Shown here piece after piece: positions 40,125 through 50,782 of a stretch of 64,000 nt of DNA. Within the stretch, counting starts at the first letter, position 1, and each line of letters opens with the position of its first letter. The notes under the pieces were generated by a model that worked only from the letters and a program-made list of their open reading frames with translations, was not told where the DNA came from and searched no databases. The translations under genes were made by a program, and so were the position numbers. This DNA is from a bacterium (GTDB taxonomy: Bacteria; Zhuqueibacterota; Zhuqueibacteria; Residuimicrobiales; Krinioviventaceae): assembly GCA_963693055.1 (NCBI GenBank), contig OY843751.1, positions 1,280,001 to 1,344,000 on the forward strand, written 5' to 3'.

Positions 40125-41462
40125 ATGAGATGTTTATATTTGGTTTTTATATTTTTTTTCGTTTCGGTTCCAATCTGGGCGCAATCGAATCCGTTGACGC
40201 TTGATGAATGCAAGGGAATGGCCGAAAAAAATAATCCTGATTTGGCAATTGCGAAAATTGAGCAACACGCTGCGGACAGCGATGTAAATCTATCCCATGC
40301 AGACCGTCTGCCGCAGTTGAATTTCAAAGGATCGTATCGTTATCAGAGTGAGGTGCCAGAATTGTCAATACCACCGGTAGACATTGGTTTTGGGAATCCC
40401 ATTACCGTTTTTGATGCCCCTATGACATTGGGTTCGAATGATACCTATGATTTTACCATGACGGTAACACAGCCGCTGTTCACCGGGTTTCAATTGAAAA
40501 ATCGGGATAAGGCAATGCGATATGCTGCCGAGAGTAAAAAGGTTGATTTTGAAAGACTGTACTCGGAATTGATGTACAGGGTTGAAACCGCTTACCGGAA
40601 TGTTCAAAAAGCAGCAATGTTTATAGAAATTTCACAAACCGCAAAAGAACAGGTAGAATCACATTTGATGGATATGCGCAATTTCTACGAACAAGGTATG
40701 GTCCGTAAAGATCAGGTGATGCAGGTAGAGGTAAAACTTGCGGAAGCCGAGTTGAGTATTGTGCAGGCAGAACATGCATTGGCAAATGCCACAGCATATT
40801 TGGAAAATGTGATTGGCAAAGAATTGAATGGTGATATTGAAACGGATAAAGTAGATGTTGCAAAGCTGCCTCCATTGAGTCTTGAATCTTCTCTAAATAC
40901 TGCATATCAGAACCGGCTTGAATTCCAGTCACTAGAGGCTATGAAAAATGCGGCCAAGAGTTCGGTTGATGCTGCAAAAGGTGGATATATGCCAACACTT
41001 GCAGCCTTTGCCTCGTTGGGATATGGTAAGCCCGGACTCGATTTTGTCAATAACGAGTGGATGGATTATTGGGTTGCGGGTGCAAGTCTTGAATGGTCAT
41101 TGTGGAACTGGGGCAAAACCAGTTCCACAATCCAATCCGCCAGACTGCAAGTGAACAAGATACAGGAATCGGAAGTAAAGCTGCGTCAGGCGATCAAGCT
41201 GGATGTTACCCAATCCGGTTTACGCGTCAAAGAAACAGTGAAACGTATGCAATTGACAAAACAGATTGTAGACCAGTCTGAAGAAACTTTTCGAATTGTT
41301 GAAAATAATTTTAAACAAGGTATGGCCAATAACAGTGAATTCCTGGATGTACAAATGGATCTGACCCGTGCCCGATTACAGTCAGCACAGGCGCAGGTTG
41401 ATTATCTGATTGCATTAGCCAATCTAAAGCGTGCAGAAGGAACAATAAAAGAGGTTAAATGA
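40125..41462 (+). CDS. TolC-family outer membrane efflux protein
   Basis: AEKNNPDL, TQPLFTG, NFKQG..FLDVQ; signal peptide. Confidence 0.88.
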   Translation: MRCLYLVFIFFFVSVPIWAQSNPLTLDECKGMAEKNNPDLAIAKIEQHAADSDVNLSHADRLPQLNFKGSYRYQSEVPELSIPPVDIGFGNPITVFDAPMTLGSNDTYDFTMTVTQPLFTGFQLKNRDKAMRYAAESKKVDFERLYSELMYRVETAYRNVQKAAMFIEISQTAKEQVESHLMDMRNFYEQGMVRKDQVMQVEVKLAEAELSIVQAEHALANATAYLENVIGKELNGDIETDKVDVAKLPPLSLESSLNTAYQNRLEFQSLEAMKNAAKSSVDAAKGGYMPTLAAFASLGYGKPGLDFVNNEWMDYWVAGASLEWSLWNWGKTSSTIQSARLQVNKIQESEVKLRQAIKLDVTQSGLRVKETVKRMQLTKQIVDQSEETFRIVENNFKQGMANNSEFLDVQMDLTRARLQSAQAQVDYLIALANLKRAEGTIKEVK

Positions 41463-42355
41463 TGCAAAAATATATCTATTATTCTGTTATGCTTTTCACT
41501 TTACTGTTATTCTTTTCGTGCAGTAAAAACAATGAACAGACCTTTTACAGTTCAGGTACTTTGGAAGCTACTGAAATTGTTGTGGGATCTCAGGCAAACG
41601 GTGAACTGCTTGCAGTTGACGTTGAAGAAGGCGATGCTGTTACTGTCGGCCAGGTAATTGCGCTGGTTGATACGGAAAAGCTGGTTTTGCAAGAACAGCA
41701 GCTTGAAGCTGGCTTGCTGGAATTATCATTGAATCGGGTGAATGCCAAACGGTCCGTAGCTCTGGCTAAAGAAAATCTGGAAAATGTGCAGAAAAAATAT
41801 GATCGCATCAAAGCACTGCTGAATGAGGGCAGTACAACCCAGCAGAATTTTGATGATATAGAGACTGCGTTAAAATCCGTGCAGACGCAATATGATAACG
41901 CAAAAACCAGCCTGAATGTTTTATCTGCCAAAGAGAGTCAACTGGAGGCACAAAAAGCGTTAATCAAAAGCCAGCTAAAAGATTGTGTTATTACTTCACC
42001 CATCGATGGTGTTGTGCTTGAAAAATATATCGATGCGGGAGAGTTGATCCGTATGGGCAGCAACATTGTCAACATTGCGGATATCCGCAAGATGTGGATC
42101 AAGTTTTATATCACTGAAGCAGATTTTGGACAAGTGAAAATTGGTAACAGTGCCCGTTTTGTGTCTGGTATTGAGCCTCCCAAAGAGTTTACCGGGAAAA
42201 TAACCTGGATCTCTCCCAAAGCTGAATTTACACCCAAAAATGTGCAAACCCGGGAAGCCCGTGCCGATCTTGTTTACGCGGTAAAATTAATGATTGATAA
42301 TCCTGACGGTGTGCTTAAAATTGGCATGCCCGGCGATGTGTATCTTGAAAAGTGA
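41459..42355 (+). CDS. HlyD/YbhG-like periplasmic adaptor
   Basis: SGTLEA, SPIDGVV, AEFTPKNVQT, LKIGMP. Confidence 0.9.
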   Translation: MMQKYIYYSVMLFTLLLFFSCSKNNEQTFYSSGTLEATEIVVGSQANGELLAVDVEEGDAVTVGQVIALVDTEKLVLQEQQLEAGLLELSLNRVNAKRSVALAKENLENVQKKYDRIKALLNEGSTTQQNFDDIETALKSVQTQYDNAKTSLNVLSAKESQLEAQKALIKSQLKDCVITSPIDGVVLEKYIDAGELIRMGSNIVNIADIRKMWIKFYITEADFGQVKIGNSARFVSGIEPPKEFTGKITWISPKAEFTPKNVQTREARADLVYAVKLMIDNPDGVLKIGMPGDVYLEK

Positions 42356-42356
42356 A

Positions 42357-43271
42357 ATGATGTTTGATATAGAAATCAAAAATTTGAGAAAATCCTTTGG
42401 TGATGTCACTGCTGTAGATAATTTAAATCTACAGGTAAAACCCGGTGAAATGGTAGGACTCATTGGTCCCGATGGAGCAGGCAAAACCACAACCATTCGG
42501 ATGTTATGCGGACTCTTGTTCCCCGATAGTGGCTCGGCTTCTGTATGCGGATTTGATGTGCAAAAACAATTGGATGATATACGGGCCGTGATTGGCTATA
42601 TGCCGCAGCGATTTTCACTTTACCCTGATTTGACGGTTGCGGAAAATCTGCGCTTTTTTGCCGATCTGTTTCAAGTGCCCAAAAAAGAGCGGGAAGATCG
42701 TCTTGAACGGTTACTCCAATTCAGCCGCTTGGGACCCTTTTCCAAACGGCGGGCCAATGCATTATCCGGTGGGATGAAACAGAAACTGGCCCTGAGTTGT
42801 ACGCTGATCCATACACCCCGGTTGTTGTTCCTGGACGAACCCACGACCGGTGTGGACCCGGTTTCGCGTTTAGAGTTTTGGCAGATCCTTAAAGAGTTAA
42901 AGGACGAGGGAGTAACCATTCTGGTGACTACTCCTTATATGGATGAGGCCGAACGCTGTGACCGGGTAGCATTCATCCACAAGGGACAAATATTGGCAAT
43001 TGAAGAGCCGCAAAAAATTCCAGATTTGTTTACCATGCGCTTGTTTGAATTACAATGCAGTGACTTTGTTAAAGCTGCACGTATTCTGGAAAACAGAAAA
43101 GGCATTGCCTCTGTGCAGATTTTTGGTGACCGTGTGCACCTTGCCGGTGAGGATGAGCAAAAACTCAGGCAAGCGGTGGAATCTGCAATGCGGAATGCAG
43201 AATTGACTGATTATGAATTAAATAATTTAGTACCAACCGTTGAAGATGTATTTGTAGAATTGATGCGATAA
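42357..43271 (+). CDS. ABC ATPase (YbhF N-half-like)
   Basis: GPDGAGKTT, YMPQRFSLY, LSGGMKQKL. Confidence 0.9.
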   Translation: MMFDIEIKNLRKSFGDVTAVDNLNLQVKPGEMVGLIGPDGAGKTTTIRMLCGLLFPDSGSASVCGFDVQKQLDDIRAVIGYMPQRFSLYPDLTVAENLRFFADLFQVPKKEREDRLERLLQFSRLGPFSKRRANALSGGMKQKLALSCTLIHTPRLLFLDEPTTGVDPVSRLEFWQILKELKDEGVTILVTTPYMDEAERCDRVAFIHKGQILAIEEPQKIPDLFTMRLFELQCSDFVKAARILENRKGIASVQIFGDRVHLAGEDEQKLRQAVESAMRNAELTDYELNNLVPTVEDVFVELMR

Positions 43272-43275
43272 AATT

Positions 43276-44004
43276 ATGAAAGATATATCAGTAAATGTAA
43301 AACAGTTGACCCGTCAGTTTGGCAAGTTTACCGCTGTAGACCGCATTGACTTTGAGGTTTACGACGGAGAGATTTTTGGATTCTTAGGCGCCAATGGTGC
43401 GGGTAAAACCACTACGATCCGGATGTTGTGCGGATTGCTGCTGCCTTCCTCAGGCGAAGCCAGTGTAGAAGGGTTTGATGTCTATACGGAAACAGACAAG
43501 ATCAAGCAGAATATTGGGTACATGTCGCAAAAGTTTTCCCTGTATGAAGACCTTACCGTGCGCGAGAATATAGAGTTTTTTGGCGGAGTATATGGATTGT
43601 CTGACAGTGAACTGAAACAAGCCAGAGAACACACAGTAACAGAATTTGGATTAGGAGATGTTTGCAATAAACTCACCCGGGAATTGCCATTGGGATGGAA
43701 ACAGCGCCTGGCTTTGGGATGTTCTTTAGTGCATCAGCCCCATATCCTTTTTTTGGATGAGCCTACCGGTGGTGTGGACCCTATTTCGAGAAGGGATTTT
43801 TGGGAAAAAATTTACCAGCTTGCTGAAGGCGGAACCACCATCTTTGTAACCACTCACTATATGGATGAGGTGGAATATTGTAACCGAATATCCATCATGC
43901 ATGCCGGTAAAATTGTGGCAATGGATTCTCCCGGTGAATTGAAAAAGCAATACCAGAAAAAGACAATCGAAGATGTGTTTATTCATTTGATAAGCAGAGA
44001 TTGA
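43276..44004 (+). CDS. ABC ATPase (YbhF C-half-like)
   Basis: GANGAGKTT, YMSQKFSLY, LPLGWKQRL. Confidence 0.9.
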   Translation: MKDISVNVKQLTRQFGKFTAVDRIDFEVYDGEIFGFLGANGAGKTTTIRMLCGLLLPSSGEASVEGFDVYTETDKIKQNIGYMSQKFSLYEDLTVRENIEFFGGVYGLSDSELKQAREHTVTEFGLGDVCNKLTRELPLGWKQRLALGCSLVHQPHILFLDEPTGGVDPISRRDFWEKIYQLAEGGTTIFVTTHYMDEVEYCNRISIMHAGKIVAMDSPGELKKQYQKKTIEDVFIHLISRD

Positions 44005-44006
44005 TC

Positions 44007-45116
44007 ATGAAGTCTAGAATTATACCAATCATACGTAAAGAGTTTATACATATACTGCGTGATCCGCGCAGTTTGGCAATTATCTTTATTATGCCAACCT
44101 TGATGGTTATGCTGTTTGGTTATGCAATTACCTTTGATATAAAAAATATCAATATCGCAGTATTGGACCAGGACCATAGCCGGGCATCACGCGAGTTGAT
44201 TGACCAGTTTTCTAATAGCGGGTATTTTACGATCGTAAAGTATTTGAACAATCGGGAAGAGATTGAAGAAGATATCATGTTCCGCCAGTTCATTGCGGCA
44301 ATTGTGATACCCAATGATTATCAGGAATCTCTCGATACCGGAAACCCCGCACAGGTACAACTTTTGGTTGATGGATCAAATGCCAATACCGCAACTATTG
44401 TGATCAATTACATTCGGGCTGCAATAAGCGCGTTGACCCTGAATATTAATGCCAACATTATCAAGATGCCAATCAATATTGAACCACGGTTTCTTTATAA
44501 TCCGGATTTAAAAAGTTCACATTTTATTGTGCCCGGTTTGCTGGCAGTACTCATGATGATGATTTGTGCCATGCTGACATCCATTACAATTGCGCGAGAA
44601 AAAGAAACGGGTACCATGGAGCAGATTATAGTATCTCCTGTAAAATCACGCGAGATTATCATTGGCAAGGTTACGCCTTATATTGGTGTTGCATTTCTGG
44701 TCTCAACTGCTGTGCTGATTTTTTCCAAAGTGGTTTTTGATGTGCCTATTCGCGGAAATATTTTGCTGCTGGCGCTGTTTTCTCTGGTGTTTATTTATGC
44801 CTCTTTGAGTATTGGTGTGTTTATTTCCACCAAAGCCAAAACCCAGCAGGTTGCACTTATGCTCTCTATGGTGGGAACGCTGCTGCCGTCTATTTTATTA
44901 TCCGGATTCATGTTTCCGGTATTTGCCATGCCGCTGTTTTTACGGATCATGTCATATATCGTTCCCGCAAAATATTTTATCGTGATCACCCGTGGCATTA
45001 TGCTAAAGGGAATAGGAGCTGAGGTTTTGTTTCCCCAGGCGCTTTTTCTGTTTGTCATTGGGACCATTTTGCTTTTTATCAGTTCCAAAAATTTTAAAAC
45101 CAATCTGGAGAGTTGA
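44007..45116 (+). CDS. ABC-2 permease (YbhS-like)
   Basis: KEFIHILRD, YNPDL, AREKETGTME. Confidence 0.88.
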   Translation: MKSRIIPIIRKEFIHILRDPRSLAIIFIMPTLMVMLFGYAITFDIKNINIAVLDQDHSRASRELIDQFSNSGYFTIVKYLNNREEIEEDIMFRQFIAAIVIPNDYQESLDTGNPAQVQLLVDGSNANTATIVINYIRAAISALTLNINANIIKMPINIEPRFLYNPDLKSSHFIVPGLLAVLMMMICAMLTSITIAREKETGTMEQIIVSPVKSREIIIGKVTPYIGVAFLVSTAVLIFSKVVFDVPIRGNILLLALFSLVFIYASLSIGVFISTKAKTQQVALMLSMVGTLLPSILLSGFMFPVFAMPLFLRIMSYIVPAKYFIVITRGIMLKGIGAEVLFPQALFLFVIGTILLFISSKNFKTNLES

Positions 45117-45117
45117 G

Positions 45118-46245
45118 TTGCGAAAAATCAGATTTATCATACGCAAAGAGTTTCAGCAGATTCGTCGCGACAGGGCCATGCTGGCTATAATATTTGTGCT
45201 GCCGGTTATTCAGTTGATTTTGATGGGATATGTGATTTCTTCCGAAGTTCAGAATATATCAATGGTGGTTTGTGACCTGGACAACTCGTCTATGAGTCGG
45301 GAAATGATTAACCGGTTTACCACATCAGGATATTTTCATATCAATTATTATGAGAAAAATCAGGATAAACTGCTGGATTATTTAGACCGCGGCAAAGTCA
45401 CCGGGGCTATTGTTTTTCCAAAGGATTTTTACGAAAATATTGTAAATGGACAACCGGCATCTATTCAACTGTTGCTGGATGGTCAGGACTTTAATGGTGC
45501 TACTATTACGCTTGGGTATATAAATGGCATTTTGCAACAGTTTTCTACTGAGAATCTTGAAAAGCAAATGGCCAATTTAAAACTGGCAGGAATCAGCCCC
45601 AAACTTATCCAGGTGGAGACACGTGTCTGGTATAATCCCAATTTGGAATACAGCGATTACATGGTGCCCGGTATTGCGGTTTTTTTACTGACCATGGTTA
45701 CGGCATTGTTGAGTGCAATGGGACTGGTGCGCGAGCGCGAGATCGGTACACTGGAGCAATTGGTAGTAACTCCTATATCCAAGTATCAGTTATTGATTGG
45801 CAAGATACTGCCGTTCGTGATTTTGGGAATCCTCGAGTTTGCAATTGCTTTGGGATTTGCCAAACTGTGGTATCACATCCCCATGAATGGCAACCTGGCA
45901 CTGTTTAGTGTGTTTGCTGTGGTATATCTCTTTACTTCATTAGGCGTGGGATTGTTTGTTTCCGCAACCGCGCAAACCCAGCAGCAGGCCCTTTTTATGG
46001 CCTGGTTCTTTATGGTTTTTCTGTTTTTAATGTCGGGATTTGTGTTTCCTATAGAGAATATGCCGCAGATTGCTCAATATTTGACTTATATCAATCCCAT
46101 GCGGTATATGATTATTGTGATTCGGGAAATATTTATCAAAGGCGCACAGTTTCATCATCTTATGTGGCAGGGCGCTGCTATGGCTGCATTCAGTCTGACC
46201 CTGTTTTTGATATCGGTTAGAAAATTTCAATCGCGAGTAAAATAG
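45118..46245 (+). CDS. ABC-2 permease (YbhR-like)
   Basis: KEFQQIRRD, WYNPNL, REREIGTLEQ; TTG start inferred. Confidence 0.88.
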   Translation: MRKIRFIIRKEFQQIRRDRAMLAIIFVLPVIQLILMGYVISSEVQNISMVVCDLDNSSMSREMINRFTTSGYFHINYYEKNQDKLLDYLDRGKVTGAIVFPKDFYENIVNGQPASIQLLLDGQDFNGATITLGYINGILQQFSTENLEKQMANLKLAGISPKLIQVETRVWYNPNLEYSDYMVPGIAVFLLTMVTALLSAMGLVREREIGTLEQLVVTPISKYQLLIGKILPFVILGILEFAIALGFAKLWYHIPMNGNLALFSVFAVVYLFTSLGVGLFVSATAQTQQQALFMAWFFMVFLFLMSGFVFPIENMPQIAQYLTYINPMRYMIIVIREIFIKGAQFHHLMWQGAAMAAFSLTLFLISVRKFQSRVK

Positions 46246-46254
46246 AGGAGCGTT

Positions 46255-47076
46255 ATGCCGGAATTACCCGAAGTTGAAACCATCCGAAAGGGTTTGGAAC
46301 CTGTCATTTATGGCAGCCGCATTCAGAGTATTGATGTGCACGACACCCGTTTGCGCTGGCCTGTGGATGTGGACGCGCTCGATTCATTGGTACAAGGGGA
46401 AATGATTGTGGCTGTTAACCGCCGATCAAAGTATTTGATCTGGCAGCTCTCGAACGACGCGCATGTGGTGATCCATTTGGGGATGAGCGGCAGATTAGGC
46501 GCTTTCAGACCGGATGAGCCGCTGGAGAAACATACGCATCTGGTGTTTCATCTGGACGATGTTGAGGTGCGGTACCGGGATCCCCGGCGCTTTGGTATGG
46601 TAGAGGTGGTGGAACCGGGTGGACTGCAATCATATGTCCGGTTTGCTCATTTGGGACCCGAGCCGTTATCCGATCAATTTAACGCAGACTATATAGCTAA
46701 AGCGCTGAGAGGCAAGAAATTCCTGATTAAAACCGCGATTATGGACGCCCGACTGGTAGTGGGCGTTGGGAACATTTACGCCAACGAAGCGCTGTTTGGC
46801 GCGGGAATCCATCCGCAGCGACCAGCGGGGAGCTTGTCCGGAGATGAAGCGGAGCGGTTGGTAAAATCCATCAAAGATGTTCTCACCGATGCTCTGCACC
46901 GCGGCGGCACCACGCTGAACGACTATCGTAATGCACTTGGGGAAACCGGATTCTTTCAGCAGTATTTGTACGTCTATCAACGTGATGGAGAGCCGTGTCT
47001 CAACTGCGGCAATCCCGTTGAAAAAGTCGTGCTCACGGGACGCAGTACGTTTTTTTGCCCGGAGTGCCAGGGGTAG
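46255..47076 (+). CDS. mutM: Formamidopyrimidine-DNA glycosylase
   Basis: MPELPEVET, HLGMSG, GVGNIYANE, C-terminal zinc finger. Confidence 0.97.
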   Translation: MPELPEVETIRKGLEPVIYGSRIQSIDVHDTRLRWPVDVDALDSLVQGEMIVAVNRRSKYLIWQLSNDAHVVIHLGMSGRLGAFRPDEPLEKHTHLVFHLDDVEVRYRDPRRFGMVEVVEPGGLQSYVRFAHLGPEPLSDQFNADYIAKALRGKKFLIKTAIMDARLVVGVGNIYANEALFGAGIHPQRPAGSLSGDEAERLVKSIKDVLTDALHRGGTTLNDYRNALGETGFFQQYLYVYQRDGEPCLNCGNPVEKVVLTGRSTFFCPECQG

Positions 47077-47246
47077 AATTTGCTTGCTTTTTGAATGGGG
47101 ATTCGGTTTATTATAATATTCAACGAACATTGATATGGGGATATCGGGGTGATGAATTTGTTGTGTTATCCATATTTGTTTATAAATTCTGCTATATGTT
47201 AATATATTGCTTTTCTATGTTATTTATAGTTTATTGGAGAGTTATT

Positions 47247-47876
47247 ATGGATGAAAAATTGCGTGAATACAAGGAGAGACGAACACGCTGGCAAGACAAA
47301 ACAAATAGTCAATTGGGATTTTTAAATAACTTGATTTTGACTATAGGAATTGCTTTTTTAACATTTAATTGCAAAAGTTTTAATTTACAGAATTACAGAT
47401 TGTCTTTTGAAAATATTGATTTCTCTGTATCATTTTTGTTTGTTTCAGTGATTTTGGTATTTTTTTCTATAATTTTAGGACTTGGTCTTGCTTTAAATCG
47501 GTTATGGGATTTTAGGATTACGACACATATTAATAGAGTTCGGCAAAATGTTTATCAATATAGCAAAGATAAGAACAATAACGATAAGAACAACGAAGGT
47601 GAGAAATTGGATGAAAGTACTCCAGATAATTATAATTTATGCGATGTTCTATCAATGTATAGAATTCTAAGTAAAGAAAAATATCCTAATATTACAATTG
47701 AGGATTGTAAAGATTATTTAAAAAATGAAGATGTTAAATTGAAAATAAAAAGAGAGTTTAAAGAACTAAGAGGAATTTCACATAATTTAGGAAGATATTC
47801 CTCGAAACTTGTTAAATTTCAAATAATTTTTTTGGGATGGAGTATCTTTTTCTTTTTGCTGTATATTGTTTTTTAA
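47247..47876 (+). CDS. AT-rich hypothetical 3-TM protein
   Basis: GGAG RBS before ATG 47247; two N-proximal TMs and one C-terminal TM. Confidence 0.65.
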   Translation: MDEKLREYKERRTRWQDKTNSQLGFLNNLILTIGIAFLTFNCKSFNLQNYRLSFENIDFSVSFLFVSVILVFFSIILGLGLALNRLWDFRITTHINRVRQNVYQYSKDKNNNDKNNEGEKLDESTPDNYNLCDVLSMYRILSKEKYPNITIEDCKDYLKNEDVKLKIKREFKELRGISHNLGRYSSKLVKFQIIFLGWSIFFFLLYIVF

Positions 47877-48627
47877 TTAGAATTTTTACTCTGGCTGACC
47901 CCCGGCTGGTGGATCGGTCGGAACTGAAAATATAAACTCTGTTAAAAAAAAATGAAGAGTTTTGCGTCAAAAGCGAAATTTTAGACCCAGTCAATTAAAG
48001 ATGTTTAGTGCAATTTTAAAAAAATATTAAGGTCTTTTATGAAAATTGCTTTATTAATTGGTGTTGATAGTTATACGAATGGGGTAAGTGATTTACCAGC
48101 ATGTAAAAAAGATGTTGATTCCATGAAAAGTATTATTCATGCTACAAAGCTATTTGAAAAAATATTAGTGATAAATAACGATTGTAACGGTGAGAATGTA
48201 AAAAAACAAATCACCGACTTTGTTGAAAAATTAATGGATAGTGAAATTGAAGAATTGTTTTTTTATTTCACAGGACATGGTGAATATTATAATAATGAAT
48301 TCTATTATATTCTTTCTGATTTCAATGAACAAAGAAGGAAACAAACAACTTTAGAAAATGAAGAAATAGATCAATGGATTCGTTCTTTAAATCCAAAACT
48401 CACAATTAAAGTCGTTGATGCTTGTAACTCTGGAACATCTTATATAAAAAATGAAACGGCTATTAGTGATTATCTTGAAAAATCAAAAAATAAATTTAAT
48501 AATTGTTATTTTATGTTTTCGTCTAGTCAAACTCAGTATTCATATCAAGATAATGAGTTGAGTCATTTTACACGTAGTTTTCTTGCCTCACTTTTTAAAA
48601 AAAATGATGAAAAGATACGATATAAGG

Positions 48628-49601
48628 TGTGATTTATCTTAGAGTTGTTTACAGTTTTCTACTGAATTGAACCCGTTCCTTTAAAAGAGATAGGGTTCAA
48701 TTCAGTAGAAACGATTTTAAGTGTTGTTTACAATTTCGGGATTTCCTAATTTATATTATTCAAAGGAGATCCTATGGTTATTCACAAACATACTCGATTA
48801 ACGCCGATTCAAAGAGAAACAATTTGTAAATTATATTTCGATGAAAGAAAACGTGTCTGTGATTTAGCTCGTGAATTTCGTGTTAGTCGTCCTACAATCT
48901 ACAAGATAATACATCGTGGGCGTCAAAAAGATTATACAGTTCACAAGAGCACAAACAAACGCTTTCGCTGTTTGAAATACGGCATCAAACGCCTGGCTAA
49001 AATTGAGAAAAAAATTGAAGAAAAACTCAAACGCCAGGCAAAACGATATAATAAGGACTATCCAGGTCAAATGATACACGGAGACACTAAAAAATTGCCC
49101 TTAATCAAGGGAGAATCACCTTTTGAACGCACTGAATACTTGTTTGTAGCTATTGATGACTTTTCAAGAGAGCTATACGCAGCTATTTTACCGGATAAAA
49201 CTCAATTTTCTGCTGAAAAATTTCTGGAACAAGTCGTTGATGAATGTCCATATACAATCGAACAGTATTACACTGATAATGGTACAGAGTACCGAGGTGA
49301 TCCGAATAACCACAAATTTATGCTATTGTGCAAAGAACACGGTATTGAACAAAAATTTACCAAAGTCAGAAGACCACAAACCAATGGAAAGGCAGAAAGA
49401 GTTATACGGACGTTGATTGAACTCTGGCATAATAAAACCATATTTAATTCATCAGCTCATCGTAAAACAGAACTGAAAAGATTTCTTAATTACTATAATG
49501 GAGTAAAACCACATAAAGGTATTGATGGCCTTACTCCTGAAGAAAAACTAATTCAATATTTTTATCCCGATATATTGTAAATAACGCTAGCATTTCTAAC
49601 A
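48628..49601 (+). mobile_element. IS481-family insertion sequence, 974 bp
   Basis: TGT...ACA ends, imperfect IR (TGTGATTTATCTTAGAGTTGTTTACA / TGTTAGAAATGCTAGCGTTATTTACA), TSD TATAAGG at 48621-48627 and 49602-49608. Confidence 0.9.
48774..49580 (+). CDS. IS481-family transposase (rve integrase core)
   Basis: HKHTRLTP, IHGDTK, AIDDFSR, TDNGTEY, PQTNGKAER. Confidence 0.92.
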   Translation: MVIHKHTRLTPIQRETICKLYFDERKRVCDLAREFRVSRPTIYKIIHRGRQKDYTVHKSTNKRFRCLKYGIKRLAKIEKKIEEKLKRQAKRYNKDYPGQMIHGDTKKLPLIKGESPFERTEYLFVAIDDFSRELYAAILPDKTQFSAEKFLEQVVDECPYTIEQYYTDNGTEYRGDPNNHKFMLLCKEHGIEQKFTKVRRPQTNGKAERVIRTLIELWHNKTIFNSSAHRKTELKRFLNYYNGVKPHKGIDGLTPEEKLIQYFYPDIL

Positions 49602-50464
49602 TATAAGGATATAATTGACTTTATTTCTGATGATTTTGAAGAAAACACAGCTCAATCTCCTGTTTTTATTACACAAGCGTCTTTTACAGAGATTTTTTGT
49701 CATGTAGATGAAAATATAAAAGATATTATTAAAACGTTGAATATTCAAAGAGAAGATATATTAATCGAAGATAAAATTGAGTCAACAAATATAGCTGAAA
49801 AAAGAAGTCTTGAAGAGATTATAAGTAAGGATTCTGAAAATTGTCGTACAAATGAAGAAGTTGAAATATTTTTAGGGAAAATCAAAACAGAAATAAATAA
49901 TAAAAAGTTCTCATCTGAAATTTCTTCTGTATTTGATTTTCAGTTTAATTTTTCTAAACATGATGAATTTGATAACTTAATTAGCGAAAAAGTGATTGGT
50001 AATTGGCTTTCTAAAAATGAAAATGAGTTTTTTGCTGAAGCAAGAATAGAAGAAGAATCTTATAAAGAAGAAGTCTCAGATTTTTTTAATTATGGATTAT
50101 TTAATCGAGGAACAAAAATAATAACAAAATATAGAGACATTATAGTGGGTTATACTAACACCTCAAATGTTAGTTTTGACATAATTAGAATTGATGCAAA
50201 TTCTAAGTTCCCCAACGTTTTGTCTTACAATTGCACTATATCAATCATTTTATCAAAAAGATCAATTGTATTTTTTTATTTTTATAATCAATATCAGGAG
50301 AAGAACTGGAATCAACGTGAATTACTACCTAATATAAAATGGTCATATTTTGAAAATTTTTTTATTGATGAGAAAAAAACAATTGATTCATTAAATAGTA
50401 TACTCGATGAATATGGAATTTTTATATTAAATAATTTGAAAGAACGATTTAAACTTAATAGTTC

Positions 50465-50698
50465 GTAGCCCGGACTTTGAGTCCGGGGTTGTAAAGAGAA
50501 GATTTTTAGGCTACAAATTGTATACGCATCGGAGAACGTTACACTCATCTCCGATGCGGTCGTTCAGGGGTGAGTGTCAGGCTACACTTTGCCAGGCACT
50601 TTTTAAGTACAGTCTAATGTAATATATGATTCTATTTCAAGTGATTGCGAAACACAGTTTCGCATAAAATGTCCAATCCAAGTTGAACTTGGATTGGA
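50465..50698. repeat. Cluster of four REP-like hairpins
   Basis: GTAG-CCCGGACT/AGTCCGGG; CGCATCGGAG/CTCCGATGCG; TGCGAAAC/GTTTCGCA; TCCAATCCAAGT/ACTTGGATTGGA. Confidence 0.7.
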
Positions 50699-50782
50699 GG
50701 AAAAAACGACGTTAAATGTATTGCTTATTGTGCTACAAAGGGGTATTTTTTTAATAATAGTAATAAATCAGGATTTTCACCA

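Larger units (their letters stand above)
48039..50468 (+). pseudogene. Caspase-family (Peptidase C14) protein interrupted by IS481
   Basis: YFTGHG and VVDACNSG; removing the IS and one TSD restores RYKDIIDFISDDF in frame (1449 nt, 482 aa). Confidence 0.85.

Noticed and set aside
47055-47246. N-terminal extension of the 3-TM ORF given in the ORF track
   Set aside because: It overlaps mutM; an RBS-supported ATG is present at 47247.
47890-48012. Possible degenerate attC between the TM gene and the caspase gene
   Set aside because: GGCTGAC and GTTTAGT both miss the consensus and arm pairing is poor; a covariance-model search would be needed.
49737-50468. Independent 243-aa hypothetical gene
   Set aside because: It is the in-frame 3' part of the IS-split caspase gene.
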